64,000 nucleotides of DNA from Octopus sinensis (lineage: Eukaryota), in contig NW_021833440.1 of assembly GCF_006345805.1 (NCBI RefSeq), positions 10,604 to 74,603 on the forward strand, in the 5' to 3' direction. The position numbers and the translations under genes were made by a program. Within the stretch, counting starts at the first letter, position 1, and each line of letters starts with the position of its first letter. This document shows, in pieces, positions 49,510 to 61,347 of the stretch. The notes beneath the pieces are model-generated. The model saw only the letters and a list, made by a program, of their open reading frames with translations. It was not told the origin of the DNA and made no database searches.

Positions 49510-51290
49510 CTGCTTTAAGTCGACATGGGATTGGAAAATATAATAAAAATGGAGTAGCGCTTTTGACGTTTTGTGCTGAGAATAATTTGGTTGTTACCAA
49601 CACTTTGTTTAAGCAGAAAAATAAATATAAAACCACCTGGATGCACCCAAGATCTAAGAACTGGCATCTCATAGATTCTATTTTGATCAGAAAGCGTGAT
49701 ATGAAAGATGTTTCTAGTGTTCGGGCCATGAGAAGAGCAGAGCGCTGGACTGACTATCGTCTAGTGCGTGGAAAAATGAATTCTTCGATAATTCGATAAC
49801 GACTAAGAGTCGATAGTCTGGTCCTAAGGCACCCAAAAAGTTAAATGCTGCAAACTTCAAATTACCAAGCAATTTTCAAAGATTCTACGATGCTATAAGA
49901 AAGTATAAATCTTGATCCAAACAATCTATGAGAAGATTTCAAAACAAAAGTATTTCAGGCTGTTAGTTCTTCAGTGGGATTTAGATCGCGTAAGTCCAGT
50001 GATTGGTTTTCAGAGAAATCACCAGAAATTTATGATCTGTCTTTAGAAAAACAAAATTTATGTAACGCACTTCTTTCTCAGTCTTTGAACCCCAACTTAA
50101 ACGAAACTTAAAGGAAGCTGGAAGAAAAAGCACAGACTGTTCTAAGGAAAATTAAACAGGAATTGTCGAATGATAGAACAAAAAGGGACACAAGAAGCAG
50201 CTGAGTGAAATTATGCCAAAGGTTTGTACTCTTATGTTAAGAAGGTATATGGCCCAAAATCTTCAATACCTCTAGTGAGAACAGCACCGGGTAAAACCTT
50301 TTTCTGCACTTTTGAATAGACCATCATCTGCTGATATGAGGATGATAAAAAAAAATCGAACACCTTCCAGTTATAGAAAAGATGGCATTTGAACCAACTC
50401 TAAATGACCTTTATTTATCTGTGAATAAGCTGAATAACAGTAAGTCTCCAGGGTCTAATGGAATCTGTGCAGAAGTCTTGAAATATGGGGGTGATAAAAT
50501 GTTCGAACTCTTAAATATATCAATTTGTCATTGTTGGAGGACTGGGAAAGTGCCTCAAGACTGGACTGATGCCATTATTGTCTCCTTGTATAAATCGGGG
50601 CCAAAGGATCTGTGTGATAATTTACGTAGGATTTCGGTTTTGTCTGTAATTGGAAGGTGCTTTCACGTATTCTGTTAGGACGTTTAAATTCCTTCATAGT
50701 TCCAAATATAATGTCCGTGTCTGAATGTGGTTTTCGCTCCTCCAGGTGCAAAGTTCATTGATTCTATCTTTAGTATCAAACAATTTCAGGAAAAGTGCAT
50801 TGAACATAAAATCTTGCGCTATACCACTACTTTGTTGATTTAAGCAAGGCATTCGATGCTGTTAATGGAAATGTTCTGTGTGGTTAATTCTAAGAAAAAT
50901 AGGTTGCACAGAAAAATTTGTAAACATGATCAGAGCTTGGTATCAAGATATGAAGGCTAGAGTTAATTTTTGGCGGTAGGCACTCTGAAACTTTTGTTGT
51001 GGAAAATGGAGTAAAGAAAGGAGACTTTAATGCACCCACCTCTTTGCAATATACTTTGCTGTTGTGCTGTCACACGTTTTTCAAAACTCCGAGGAGGGTA
51101 TTTACATAAAATATCGAACAACAGGGAATGTTTTTAATCTGACCAGACTGAAATTCAAAACGAAGGTTTTTACTTCAATCATTAGGTAACTCTTATATGC
51201 TGACCATTGCGTTCTAGTCAGTCACTCTGAAACAGGTCTGCAATCTCTTGTAACTGCATTACACTCAGCTTGTGACTATTTTGTTTTTAA
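49510..51290 (+). mobile_element. Degraded RTE (BovB-like) LINE: APE endonuclease C-terminus plus RT
   Basis: HGIGKYNKNG..LTFCAENNLVVTNTLF...WMHPRSKNWHLID; KSPGSNGI.AEVLKYGG; VPQDWTDAIIV; CGFRSSR; FVDLSKAFD; YADH (YADD-like, 51196-51207). Confidence 0.9.
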
Positions 51291-51490
51291 TATAATGTCT
51301 GGTCTGTTCACATCTATCTTTCTGTCAGTTTGAACGGTGAAGATCCAGAGGAGTGAGATATGGTCATTTTCAAGCACTGGAAGTGGTTTGTGTCATCACT
51401 AGATTTTATCATGGAGCAGGTCCAAGTTTTTGCAAATTACCCAGTGAATATACTGTGCTGTTCTATCATACCTGCTGAGATACTCAGTAA
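51285..51490 (-). mobile_element. R4/Dong-type REL endonuclease fragment
   Basis: YLSRYDRTAQYIHWVICKNL...HKPLPVLENDHISLLWIFTVQTDRKIDVNRPDII. Confidence 0.8.
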
Positions 51491-51740
51491 ATTTTCAGTA
51501 AATTTATTACACAGCTCACTGGATCTGTTCTCTAATACTGCGAGTTCTCTTTCATTTATAAGTTTCAGAGAGGTTTGTACGTGGTACTTCTTGGCCCTTT
51601 ATACAATGTACCATATTTCTCACAAGACTGAACCTAAAGTGACTTACGTTGACCCATTCAAAAGGTCAAATAACTCTACCGGAGAACCACCATATATCCG
51701 AATTTTCAAAATAAATAAATAATTAAATGAATAAATAGAT

Positions 51741-52150
51741 GGAGTGGCTGTGTGGTAAGTAGCTTGTTTACCAACCACATGGTTCTGGGTTCAGTCCCAC
51801 TGCGTGGCACTTTGGGCAAGTGTCTTTTACTATAGCCTCGGGCCAACCAAAGCCTTGTGAGTGGATTTGGTAGACGGAAACTGAAAGAAGCCCCTCGTAT
51901 ATATATATGTGTGTGTGTGTATGTTTGTGTGTCTGTGTTTGTCCCCCTAGCATTGCTTGACAACCGATGCTGGTGTGTTTATGTCCCCGTTACTTAGCGG
52001 TTCGGCAAAAGAGACCGATAGAATAAGTACTGGGCTTACAAAAGAATAAGTCCCGGGGTCGAGTTGCTCGATTTAAGGCGGTGCTCCAGCAGGGCCGCAG
52101 TCAAATGACTGAAACAAGTAAAAGAGTAAAAGAGTAAAAAGAGTAAAGAG
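51741..52150 (+). mobile_element. SINE family B, full length, followed by (TAAA)n
   Basis: ggagtggctgtgtggtaag...gaaacaagtaaaagagtaaaagagtaaaa. Confidence 0.9.
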
Positions 52151-52153
52151 AGA

Positions 52154-52200
<47 letters not shown>

Positions 52201-52515
52201 ACAGATGTAAAGAGAATTCTTCCGAGACCAATAAAACCGGTAATAACTCAATTTAAATATTTACAGTAGAAATATAGCAGTGACAAAGTCGCAGAAGTAC
52301 GACAGAAATTTTGATGCCTGTTGAAATAAACGAAGATTTAATAGCTAAAATAGTTACACATGCGCTAAAATTTACTCAGTAAAACATTTTTATATGAAAA
52401 TTTTTCTCTGTAGAAAAACTGTTCAGTATTATGTGATTCTTTCTCTTTGTCTGACCGCATGCGTGCATGTGTGTGTTTGTGAATAAATATACACAGCTCT
52501 GGTGCGCGCGCACGG

Positions 52516-52553
<38 letters not shown>

Positions 52554-52872
52554 ACTCAGATTTAGCAGGTTATGAAGCTCGCATTCATGGCTATATGGTT
52601 AAGAAGCTCCTTGTGTAACCACGTGATGTCGTGTTCAATCCCGAAAAGCGTCATCAACTATAACTCCGGATAGACCCAATGTCTTGTGAGTAAATTTAGA
52701 AGATGAAAACTACAGAGAAGCCCGTCATATATACATACATACATACATACATACATATAGACATACATACATATAGACATACATACGTACACCATACGTA
52801 CATACATACGTATATACATACATGTCAGCGTTTATATATACTTTTGGGACACCCTGTATTATATATATATAT

Positions 52873-52929
<57 letters not shown>

Positions 52930-52932
<3 letters not shown>

Positions 52933-53340
52933 GAAACAGTGAGGGATCATCAATCCAGGCAAAATACTTCATAAGCTCTCTATTAGCATATCAGGCAAAC
53001 TATATTACTTAGATTACTGAAGAACTCTAAGTAAACTTTTGTTATGTTCCACAGTTATGGTTCATCACAATTCTATATTGTAAATCCGTGGACGGGCTTC
53101 AGATAAACAGGTTTTTACAGAGTGATATATAAGAGACAAGTTAAAGTAAAGGTCATTGCATATAACTCTTTCATTATAGCAAATTTGGCTTACAGCCGTT
53201 TCCAGTAGTCATTACAGATAGGTTTACTCAATTGATGTATTGATCAATTGAGGTAAATTGAAAGACCTAAGACAATTAATGATTCCTTCATCAGAGCCAT
53301 TGCTGGAAATAAACAGAGTACTTGAGAAGTGCTTTGTTAT
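52930..53340 (-). mobile_element. Solo PLE pLTR of a second family, next to (TA)n
   Basis: Contains the hammerhead candidate at 53178-53304; no similarity to the pLTR at 57100-57284. Confidence 0.55.
53178..53304 (-). ncRNA. Type I hammerhead ribozyme candidate with long branched stem II
   Basis: Minus: agcaa-tggct-CTGATGA-aggaa-tcatta...taatga-ctactg-GAAA-cggctg-ta-agcca-aat-ttgct; inner 10-bp hairpin at 53227-53252; base of stem II imperfect. Confidence 0.6.
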
Positions 53341-53564
53341 ATAGTATATAATATATATATATATATATATATATTTAAATTAGAAACAAAACACTATTAG
53401 GCAATCAACATTGAAAGACTTAAGCCAATACATAAATTAATTATATTATTTAATATGTAAAATTATTAAAAAAATATAATGAAGACATATATGTGGGTAT
53501 GTATATATATGCATATATATATGTGTTATATATATATATGTTATATATATATATATATATATTA

Positions 53565-53605
<41 letters not shown>

Positions 53606-53953
53606 AGTTAGTTGAATGAATTATCTATTAAGGATAATTCGAAAGATAACCGATACTGGGTAGCAAATTCACATCAGAAAGAAACGGTTGAAGTTACGTC
53701 CTAGGGCATAGACTACGTGCTTTCGTGCGGAAATTTGTATGTTTATTTTAAAAATATAAGTTTATGAAAGAATGGAGTTGAACGACTTGTTAACAAATTT
53801 CCTGATCAATTGAGGTAAATTGAAAGACCTAAGACAATTAATGATTCCTTCGTCAGATTCCTTCGAATTATCCTTAATAAGATAATTCATTCAACTACTC
53901 AAATATTCATATACAGCTTCATTCAGATCCTGCTACCTTAACCAAAACCGCAA

Positions 53954-56606
53954 ATGGAGTTGTTCGAGATTAACGCATCCCTTAAGGATATACCAATACC
54001 ACCAAAAGAAACCTTCCTTAAGGAAACTGTCAACAAAACAAATGCATTCATCAGCCGAATTAGATGGCTCGCTTTCTTCCATGATAACGAGGACTTAAAA
54101 CAGAACGGTACAGAAACATCTTCCGAATAGAAGAAGCTATTCAAGTCGAGGGAGACACCTCCACCCAATCCCAGACTGAAGAAATTTGAGGACGACTTGT
54201 GGGACATTGTAAGGAGCATTAAATTCCGTAAATCGCCCCTTAGGAATAAACACCTTAGATACCTCAACAAAATTACCAAAGATATAAACAGCTCAGACAC
54301 TATCCTGGTCCAATCAGATAAAACCAGGAATACATACAAGCTAGCAAAAAACCAGTATTTAGAATTACTCAAGAAGGAAATACAGAAGAATTACAGAACT
54401 ACGAATAAGAATACACTAAGAAAAGCCAACTTGGAAATTAAGAAAATCATGGTTACTCATGGTTTACAAATGAAAACACAACCACTTAACCCAAAGCAAC
54501 CAAGATTCATCGTCAAGGACCATAAACCAAACTTCCAAACCAATCCAGCATTAAGGCTCATTTGCCCTTCTAGTTCCGACATCGGTTCCATCAGTAAGTA
54601 CATTTTAGATAAATACATACCTAGATTAGTTAATAAGCTTAAACTCAACATATGGTCTAACTCCACTCAAGTCGTAGAATGGTTCTCTTCCATTTCTAAT
54701 AAAAACAGCACTAAATTCATTCAATTTGATATTTCTAATTTCTACCCTTCGATAAACCCCAGCGTGCTTAATAAGGCCCTATGGCACGCACATAATAAGG
54801 TAGGCCTCACAAGGGAGGAAATTAATATAATTCTAGCCGCTAGAAAATCCTTCATACAGTTCGATGATAAGTTATGGGTCCGTAAGGATACTCCCAACGC
54901 GTTCGATGTACCAATGGGAAGCTCAGATAGCGCCCAGATAGCCGATTTGGTCTGAATCTATATTCCCTATGAATTAGCCGACCAATTCCCGGACATCTGC
55001 GGCGGTCTGTATCGAGACGATTGTCTTTTTTACCTACAGAATGCCCCGAACAGTATGACACAGAAGACTAAAAATAGATAAGCTAGATTTTTCAGCAGGA
55101 TGGGCATGAGTATAGTTTTTGACAACAAACTAACTAAGGCCAATTTCTTAGATGTTACCCTAAATCTGCATAATAATTCTTACTTCCCTTACCATAAGCC
55201 GTCTACGAACCTAAAATATGTCAGTATTTTCAGTAACCATGCAAAAACTATCACCGATAATTTGGTTAAAAATATATCCTTAAGAATATCAAATTTATCT
55301 GCAAATGTCGACATTTTAAAACAAAAAGCGGAATTTTATAACGCCACCTTGTCAAAGGCCGGTTATAGGGATAAGGTATCATATATAGATCCGGCCCATC
55401 CTAAATTAATATTTACCCATCAAGATAAGATAACTACTAATAATAATATAAATAACATAATTAGTGATTTCAGTTCTAGCAACGTCGACACTAATATATT
55501 TAACAAAAATAATTTGCGGACCAGGGGAGGCCATCGTAAACCAAAAACCCATTCTACTACCCAGAAATACGCCTTTAATGTAAATGTTAATACTCTGAGC
55601 CATTCCAAGAACAAAAAAAAACTATATCTGGTTTGTGATTCCTTTCGGGAAACAAATCAGGTCTAACCTCCCTTTACAATTTCGTGAAGCTGTAGCTAAG
55701 AATTTTCCTAGGAATTCTAGATATTACTCCACTATAAATTCGCATAAAGTAAGGATTGCATTCTCAAATACTAAAAATCTATCGCAGATAATAGCCTCCC
55801 ACAATAATAAGCTGCTAAATAAGGTCTCATCACCCATGAGTAGCGACACCGCCCTTACCCATTCCAACGTAACATACAATAATAATAATAATAGAAGTAG
55901 TATGGATATTAGCAACATTCATAGCAGCATTGGCGTTAGCAATAGTAATAATGATAATAATATTAACCAGATTATTAACAGTGGTGGTGTTAGTGGTAAT
56001 AGTAACAGCATTCTTAATAACAGTTATATTATTGATGATAATAATCGCAGCATTCCTATAGCCACGGAATTTGCCGACGATATTACAACTAATAGTAATG
56101 ATAATAAGATGAATAGTATCATGGCCAAAGCCAGCAACAATTTTTACACCTATCACAACAATAAAAACTCTGTCTTAATATCGGAAACCAACCCCAACAG
56201 ATTCAAGTTCTTATCCAAAAATTCCAAAATTAGAAACACCACTTACCAGTGCAAAATTACTTCTGGAACCGATGTCTACTTCTACATTGGCGCAACCTCT
56301 TCTAAATTAGCCCAAAGGATCTCCAACCATTATTCTACTTTCAGAGATAAGAGAAAGCAACACAGCACGGGGCTAAGCAAATTAGTCTGGCGTCTGAAGA
56401 ACAATAATACTACTTTCAAGCTGGAATGGTCCATTTTGTCGGTGTCCTTCCCGTTTGATAAGGGCAGAAAATTTTGTCGCATCTGTAATTCCGAACTTTT
56501 TCATATTTTGTTCGCCAAAGTCCCTTTAATAAATACAATCGTCGAAAGGTCCTACAGGTTTTACACTGGAAACGACACACCTTTCACTCATATGAATAGT
56601 GACTAA
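53954..56606 (+). pseudogene. PLE RT/GIY-YIG ORF with 3 nonsense codons and 1 frameshift
   Basis: MELFEINASLKDIPIP...KDHKPNF..NP..RLICP, FDISNFYPSI, DVPMGSSDSAQ, YRDD (55010-55021), IWFVIPF, YIG (56283-56291)...RISNH, CRIC. Stops TAG 54128, TGA 54953, TAA 55079; frameshift in the A-run at about 55612-55621. Confidence 0.9.
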
Positions 56607-57144
56607 TATAGATAACCCCTCGATTTCCAAAAAAGTTTTGTTATATTTCACCCCAATAGTCAAAAGATTTTCTTATAATTCCAAGAACTACTACCCATTC
56701 CAGCGTTGCCTCTCACCTCGCCCGACTCTTCCTCCCTTTCTCTCTCTACTTCCCTTTCTCTACAGCAAACACAATCGAACACACAGACAGAGACCTCTCA
56801 CCTCATAGCTGTCAGTTTTCTGACATCTACCCATCCACAAACACAATCACGCATTCACACACACACATACACACATTATGACAGTTATATACAGTCACAC
56901 ACACAGGCACTCATTCATAAAAGAAATCAATTAAACCCACCATTCTTTTGACCTGCACCCTCTCACCTTACTATTCTTATGCCTCCCTCCTCTACGTCGT
57001 TGAACCCTTGAACCTTTAGATCCTTCTAGATTCTCTACATTCAGCCACTCTGACGTCACTCTTATAAACAGACACTCATTATCGCCATGGGCTCTTGAGA
57101 GCAGTCAGCTAAAAGTTTTTTGTGCATTTTGATGTCGACATAAG

Positions 57145-57243
57145 TTCCTTGACTTTTCCTGATGAGAAATCTGCATATGTACTCCTTATTCCTTCGGAAT
57201 TAGGAATATGCAGCCTTCGAAACATATGTAGAAAATAAAGGAA
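57145..57243 (+). ncRNA. Type I hammerhead ribozyme in the PLE 3' pLTR
   Basis: Stem I ttcctt/aaggaa plus ttttc/gaaaa; CUGAUGA 57159-57165; stem II gaa/ttc plus ctgcatat/atatgcag; GAAA 57219-57222; palindromic catatg; GUA cleavage after 57230. Confidence 0.85.
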
Positions 57244-57302
57244 ATTTGTTAACAAGTCGTTCAACTCCATTCTTTCATAAACTTAATATATATATATAAT
57301 AT

Positions 57303-57636
57303 AGGGTAAAGACACCCTTCGGTCATGAATGACCATGGGATTGCACCTAGAAAGTTACCTCCAGACACAAGTCCGGCAAGGTTGTTTATGGAAGACCAGC
57401 AGTCGCCCATGCATACCGCCTCCCCCTCTCCACGCCACAGTGTTATCCAATGGAAAGACAAGGTCGATACAGTTGGCACCAGTGACGTTGCAACTCATTT
57501 CTACAGCTGAGTGAACTGGAGCAACGTGAAAAAATAAAGTGCTTGCCTCAAGAAAACAAACACGCAGCCCGGTCCGGATTCGAGCTCACAACCTCACGAT
57601 CGTAAGCTCGACGCTCTGACCATGAGCCATGCGCCT
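57303..57636 (-). mobile_element. SINE family F
   Basis: tRNA-like head and the central box shared with families C and D, followed by a distinct tail (gcaacgtcactggtgcc...cattcatgaccgaagg). Confidence 0.75.
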
Positions 57637-58394
57637 ATAATTAAGGAGCACTCCGTCGGTTACGAGGACGAGCGTCCCAGCTGATCCGATCAACTGAACA
57701 GCTTGCTTGTGAAATTAATGTATAAGTGGCTGAGCACTCCACAGACACGTGTATCCTTAACATAGTTCTCGGGGAGATTCAGCATGTCACAGAGTGTGAA
57801 AAGGTTGGCCCTTTGAAATACAGGTACTTCTCATTTTTGTCAGCTGAGTGGACTGGAGCAACGTGAAATAAAGTGTCTTGCTCAAGAACACAATGCGGCG
57901 CAGAGAATTGAACTCACGACCTTACGATCGTGAGCCGAAAGCCCTAACCACTAAACCACGCGCCTTCATACACACACTCACACAGACACATACACATGCA
58001 TACGCACACATATAATTCTTTAACAAGAACACTAACATCGAATTTCCGGTCAGTTAAGTCATCATCAGACCAATGTTATAACGGCTTAGCAGGTCCAAAA
58101 TTGGAAGTCATTGTCAATAGCATTCTTGCTAAAAAAAAAATGATGAATTTATACTCTACCACATGTATTGAGTCATCCTTCAACTTAATGCAAAATTGCT
58201 TTTATTGTGACATAAAAACAAACATTAATATATATGTATATCTATGTGTGTGTGTATGAGTGTGTGTGTATGAGTGTGTGTGTGTGCGTGTGTGTTTGTG
58301 TGAGTGAGTGTGTGTGTGAGTGAAGGAGGTGTGTGTGTGTGTACATGCGTGTGAGTGTGTGTATACATTCATATATACGTACGTACGTTCATAC

Positions 58395-58690
58395 ATTTAC
58401 TGTGTTATTCATCTGGAAGATACTGGATGGATTCGTACCAAAGTTTGGCATTGCATGATGCCAGGGATCCCAGCATCGTCATCAAGATACAAGACTAGGT
58501 ACGGCAACAGCTTCGGTTTCAAGAGCTCACAGCTTTTTAATATCCTTCCAAAACGCTTGAGAGACCTGCATGGTGTGAATGTAAACGTCTTCAAAACAAA
58601 ACTAAACCGCCTCCTCTGTTGGGGATACCGGATGTTCTTACCTCACGACAGGAAACACAGATGAGAGCGGCATTACCAAATGCCATATAT
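58395..58690 (+). mobile_element. CR1-like LINE 3' fragment, second subfamily
   Basis: IWKILDG...SQLFNILPKRLRDLHGVNVNVFKTKL...RQETQMRAA; a short minus-strand copy at 59755-59822 reads DELITRRETQMRAA. Confidence 0.75.
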
Positions 58691-59054
58691 CAAAGGTTTC
58701 AAGGAGTGAAGGTGTGACAATATATATGTGTGTGTATTTTGTTATTTGTTCCTTCTCGACACATGCCTGGCTCATAAGAGTCGGTTTCCCGGTTTCTTGG
58801 CGTATAGGTTCCCCACCTTGACGGGACGCCGGTCCGTCGTAGGTGAGCTGCAAGATGCAGGAGAAAGAGTGAGAGAAAGTTGTGGTGAAAGAGTCAGCAC
58901 AAGTTTCGCCATTACCTTCTGCCGGAGCTGCGTGGAGCTTAGGTGTTTCGCTCATAAACACACACATCGCTCGATCTGAGATTCGAACCCGTGATCCCTC
59001 GACCGCGAGTCCGCTGCTCTAACGACTATGTCATGTGCCTCCACGTATGTGTGT

Positions 59055-59116
<62 letters not shown>

Positions 59117-59530
59117 ATATACATACATACGTACAAATTGGTGGTGGCACTCCGTCAGTTACGACGACGAGGGTTCCAGTTGATCGATCAACAAAACAGC
59201 CTACTCATGAAATTAATGTGCAAGTAGTTGAGTACACCCCACAGATATGTGTACCTTTAATATAGTTCTTGGGGAGATTCAGCGTGACAAGGCTGAGCCA
59301 TTGAAATACAGGTACAACAGAAACAAGAAGAAAGAGTGAGAGATAGTAAGTTGTGGTGAAAGAGTACAGAAGGGTTCGGCACCCACCCACCCACCTGTCG
59401 GAACCTCGTGGAACTTTAGGTGTTTTCAATCAATAAACATTCACAACGTCCGGTCTGGGAATCGAAATCGTGATACTACAGCTGCGAGCCCACTGCCCTA
59501 ACCACTGGGCCATTGCACCTCCACACATGT

Positions 59531-59563
<33 letters not shown>

Positions 59564-59828
59564 CACACACACAGATGTATGTATATATATTCATATAAAT
59601 AACCCAGCGTGGCGCAGCTCTTCGGCTAAAACTTGTAAATGTGTGTGTGTGTATGTATATATTTGTTAATTTTTAGTTCAAGGACTGTGGCCATGCTGGG
59701 GCAATGCCATTTATTTTGATACACTATCACGAAACCTCCTCTGATGTGTGGACATTTGGTGGATGAGGGAGTTTACGTTGCTGCCCTCATCTGTGTTTCT
59801 CGCCTTGTGATAAGTTCATCCCATATAC

Positions 59829-60103
59829 ACGTATATATATATATATATATATTTGTATATACTTGTATATACATGCATACATAGACGTATGCATGTACTG
59901 AGAGAGGGTGAAAAAGAAAAAGAGACAGAGGGAGACAGAGTGAAAGTGAAGGGGAGATATCCTGAGGTTTCATACACGCATAAATATTCAGAATTATCAG
60001 AGACATTCGTAAATATATGAATACATTGATGCATAAATATACATATATTCGTGCATGCATATATCCATACAAACACATACATACACAAAAAATATATATA
60101 TAC

Positions 60104-60157
<54 letters not shown>

Positions 60158-60177
60158 TATATATATCATATATATTA

Positions 60178-60233
<56 letters not shown>

Positions 60234-60831
60234 TATATATATGTATGTATGTATATATAAAACAAACAGATGTATTAGTATAACGCTCAGGAATAGAAAA
60301 AGTCTTTTACGTTTCGAGCCTACGCTCTTCTACAGAAAGGGACACAGAAAAAACAAGGAGAGAAAAAAAGGAGAGTAAAAAAAATGAGAGTATATATATA
60401 TATATATACATATACATATACATATATATAAAACAATTGTAAAGGTGACCAACACGTCAAGTTGAATATATTTTAATATACACTGGTGCGTAATATATCT
60501 ACATGTACAATCACAAATAATAAAATAACATATATATATATATATATACGTTATTTCAGTCATATATATATATATATATATATTTACATATATTTACATG
60601 TATGTATATACATACACATCTATATATATATATATGTGTGTCTGTGTGTGAGTGTGTGAGTGCGTGTGAGTGTGTGTATAAGTAAACCCATAAATTTCTG
60701 TGTTCAAACGTACATGTATCTGTATATTTATGTAAATGTTTATGATATAAAAAGTGATGGTTCGTACGTGCACAATCAGCATATATTCTTCTCTCTGAAT
60801 TTAAGTCCATGTTTGCTCATATATACATATA

Positions 60832-60889
<58 letters not shown>

Positions 60890-60905
60890 TGTGTGTGTGT
60901 GTATG

Positions 60906-60944
<39 letters not shown>

Positions 60945-61025
60945 TATATATACATACATATATATTTGCATATATGTGTATATATATATATATATGTATG
61001 TGTGTATGTGTGAATGTGTGTGTAT

Positions 61026-61071
<46 letters not shown>

Positions 61072-61161
61072 GTATGTTCGAATTGAAACGTATTTTCACG
61101 CTTTTGCTGCTCTATGACTGTATTCATTTAACGTATGTATGCACGTCACAGTGATTAGTGA

Positions 61162-61235
<74 letters not shown>
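59829..61235. repeat. Dense (TA)n/(TG)n microsatellite field with short PLE-like inserts
   Basis: Direct reading; explains the many IYIY/VCVC ORFs. Confidence 0.9.
60255..60390 (-). mobile_element. PLE pLTR remnant with a minimal hammerhead-like motif (60302-60343)
   Basis: Minus: cttt-ctgtaga-a-gagc-gtag-gctc-gaaa-cg-ta-aaag; embedded in (TA)n. Confidence 0.5.
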
Positions 61236-61242
<7 letters not shown>

Positions 61243-61347
61243 TGCGTTTACATATCTATAAGTCTGTGTGTATAAGTGTCATATATGTGTTTATGCTGTG
61301 AACATCCAAATACCTGCTCCGCAATGTCTCGAGTGTTGAAATGTCCA

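Larger units (their letters stand above)
53603..57284 (+). mobile_element. Near-full-length Penelope-like retroelement (C-terminal GIY-YIG; Hydra-clade-like from recalled motifs)
   Basis: RT + EN pseudo-ORF, 3' pLTR with hammerhead, inverted 5' segment, (TA)n on both sides. Confidence 0.9.

Noticed and set aside
54953-54955. In-frame TGA in the PLE ORF as selenocysteine (as reported for some Naiad PLEs)
   Set aside because: It sits at a normally conserved Gly (GGA to TGA is one change), the other stops are TAG and TAA, and the domain order is C-terminal EN rather than Naiad-type.
58030-58075. Minus-strand CUGAUGA...GAAA
   Set aside because: Stem II cannot be closed and stem III and the cleavage triplet are non-canonical.
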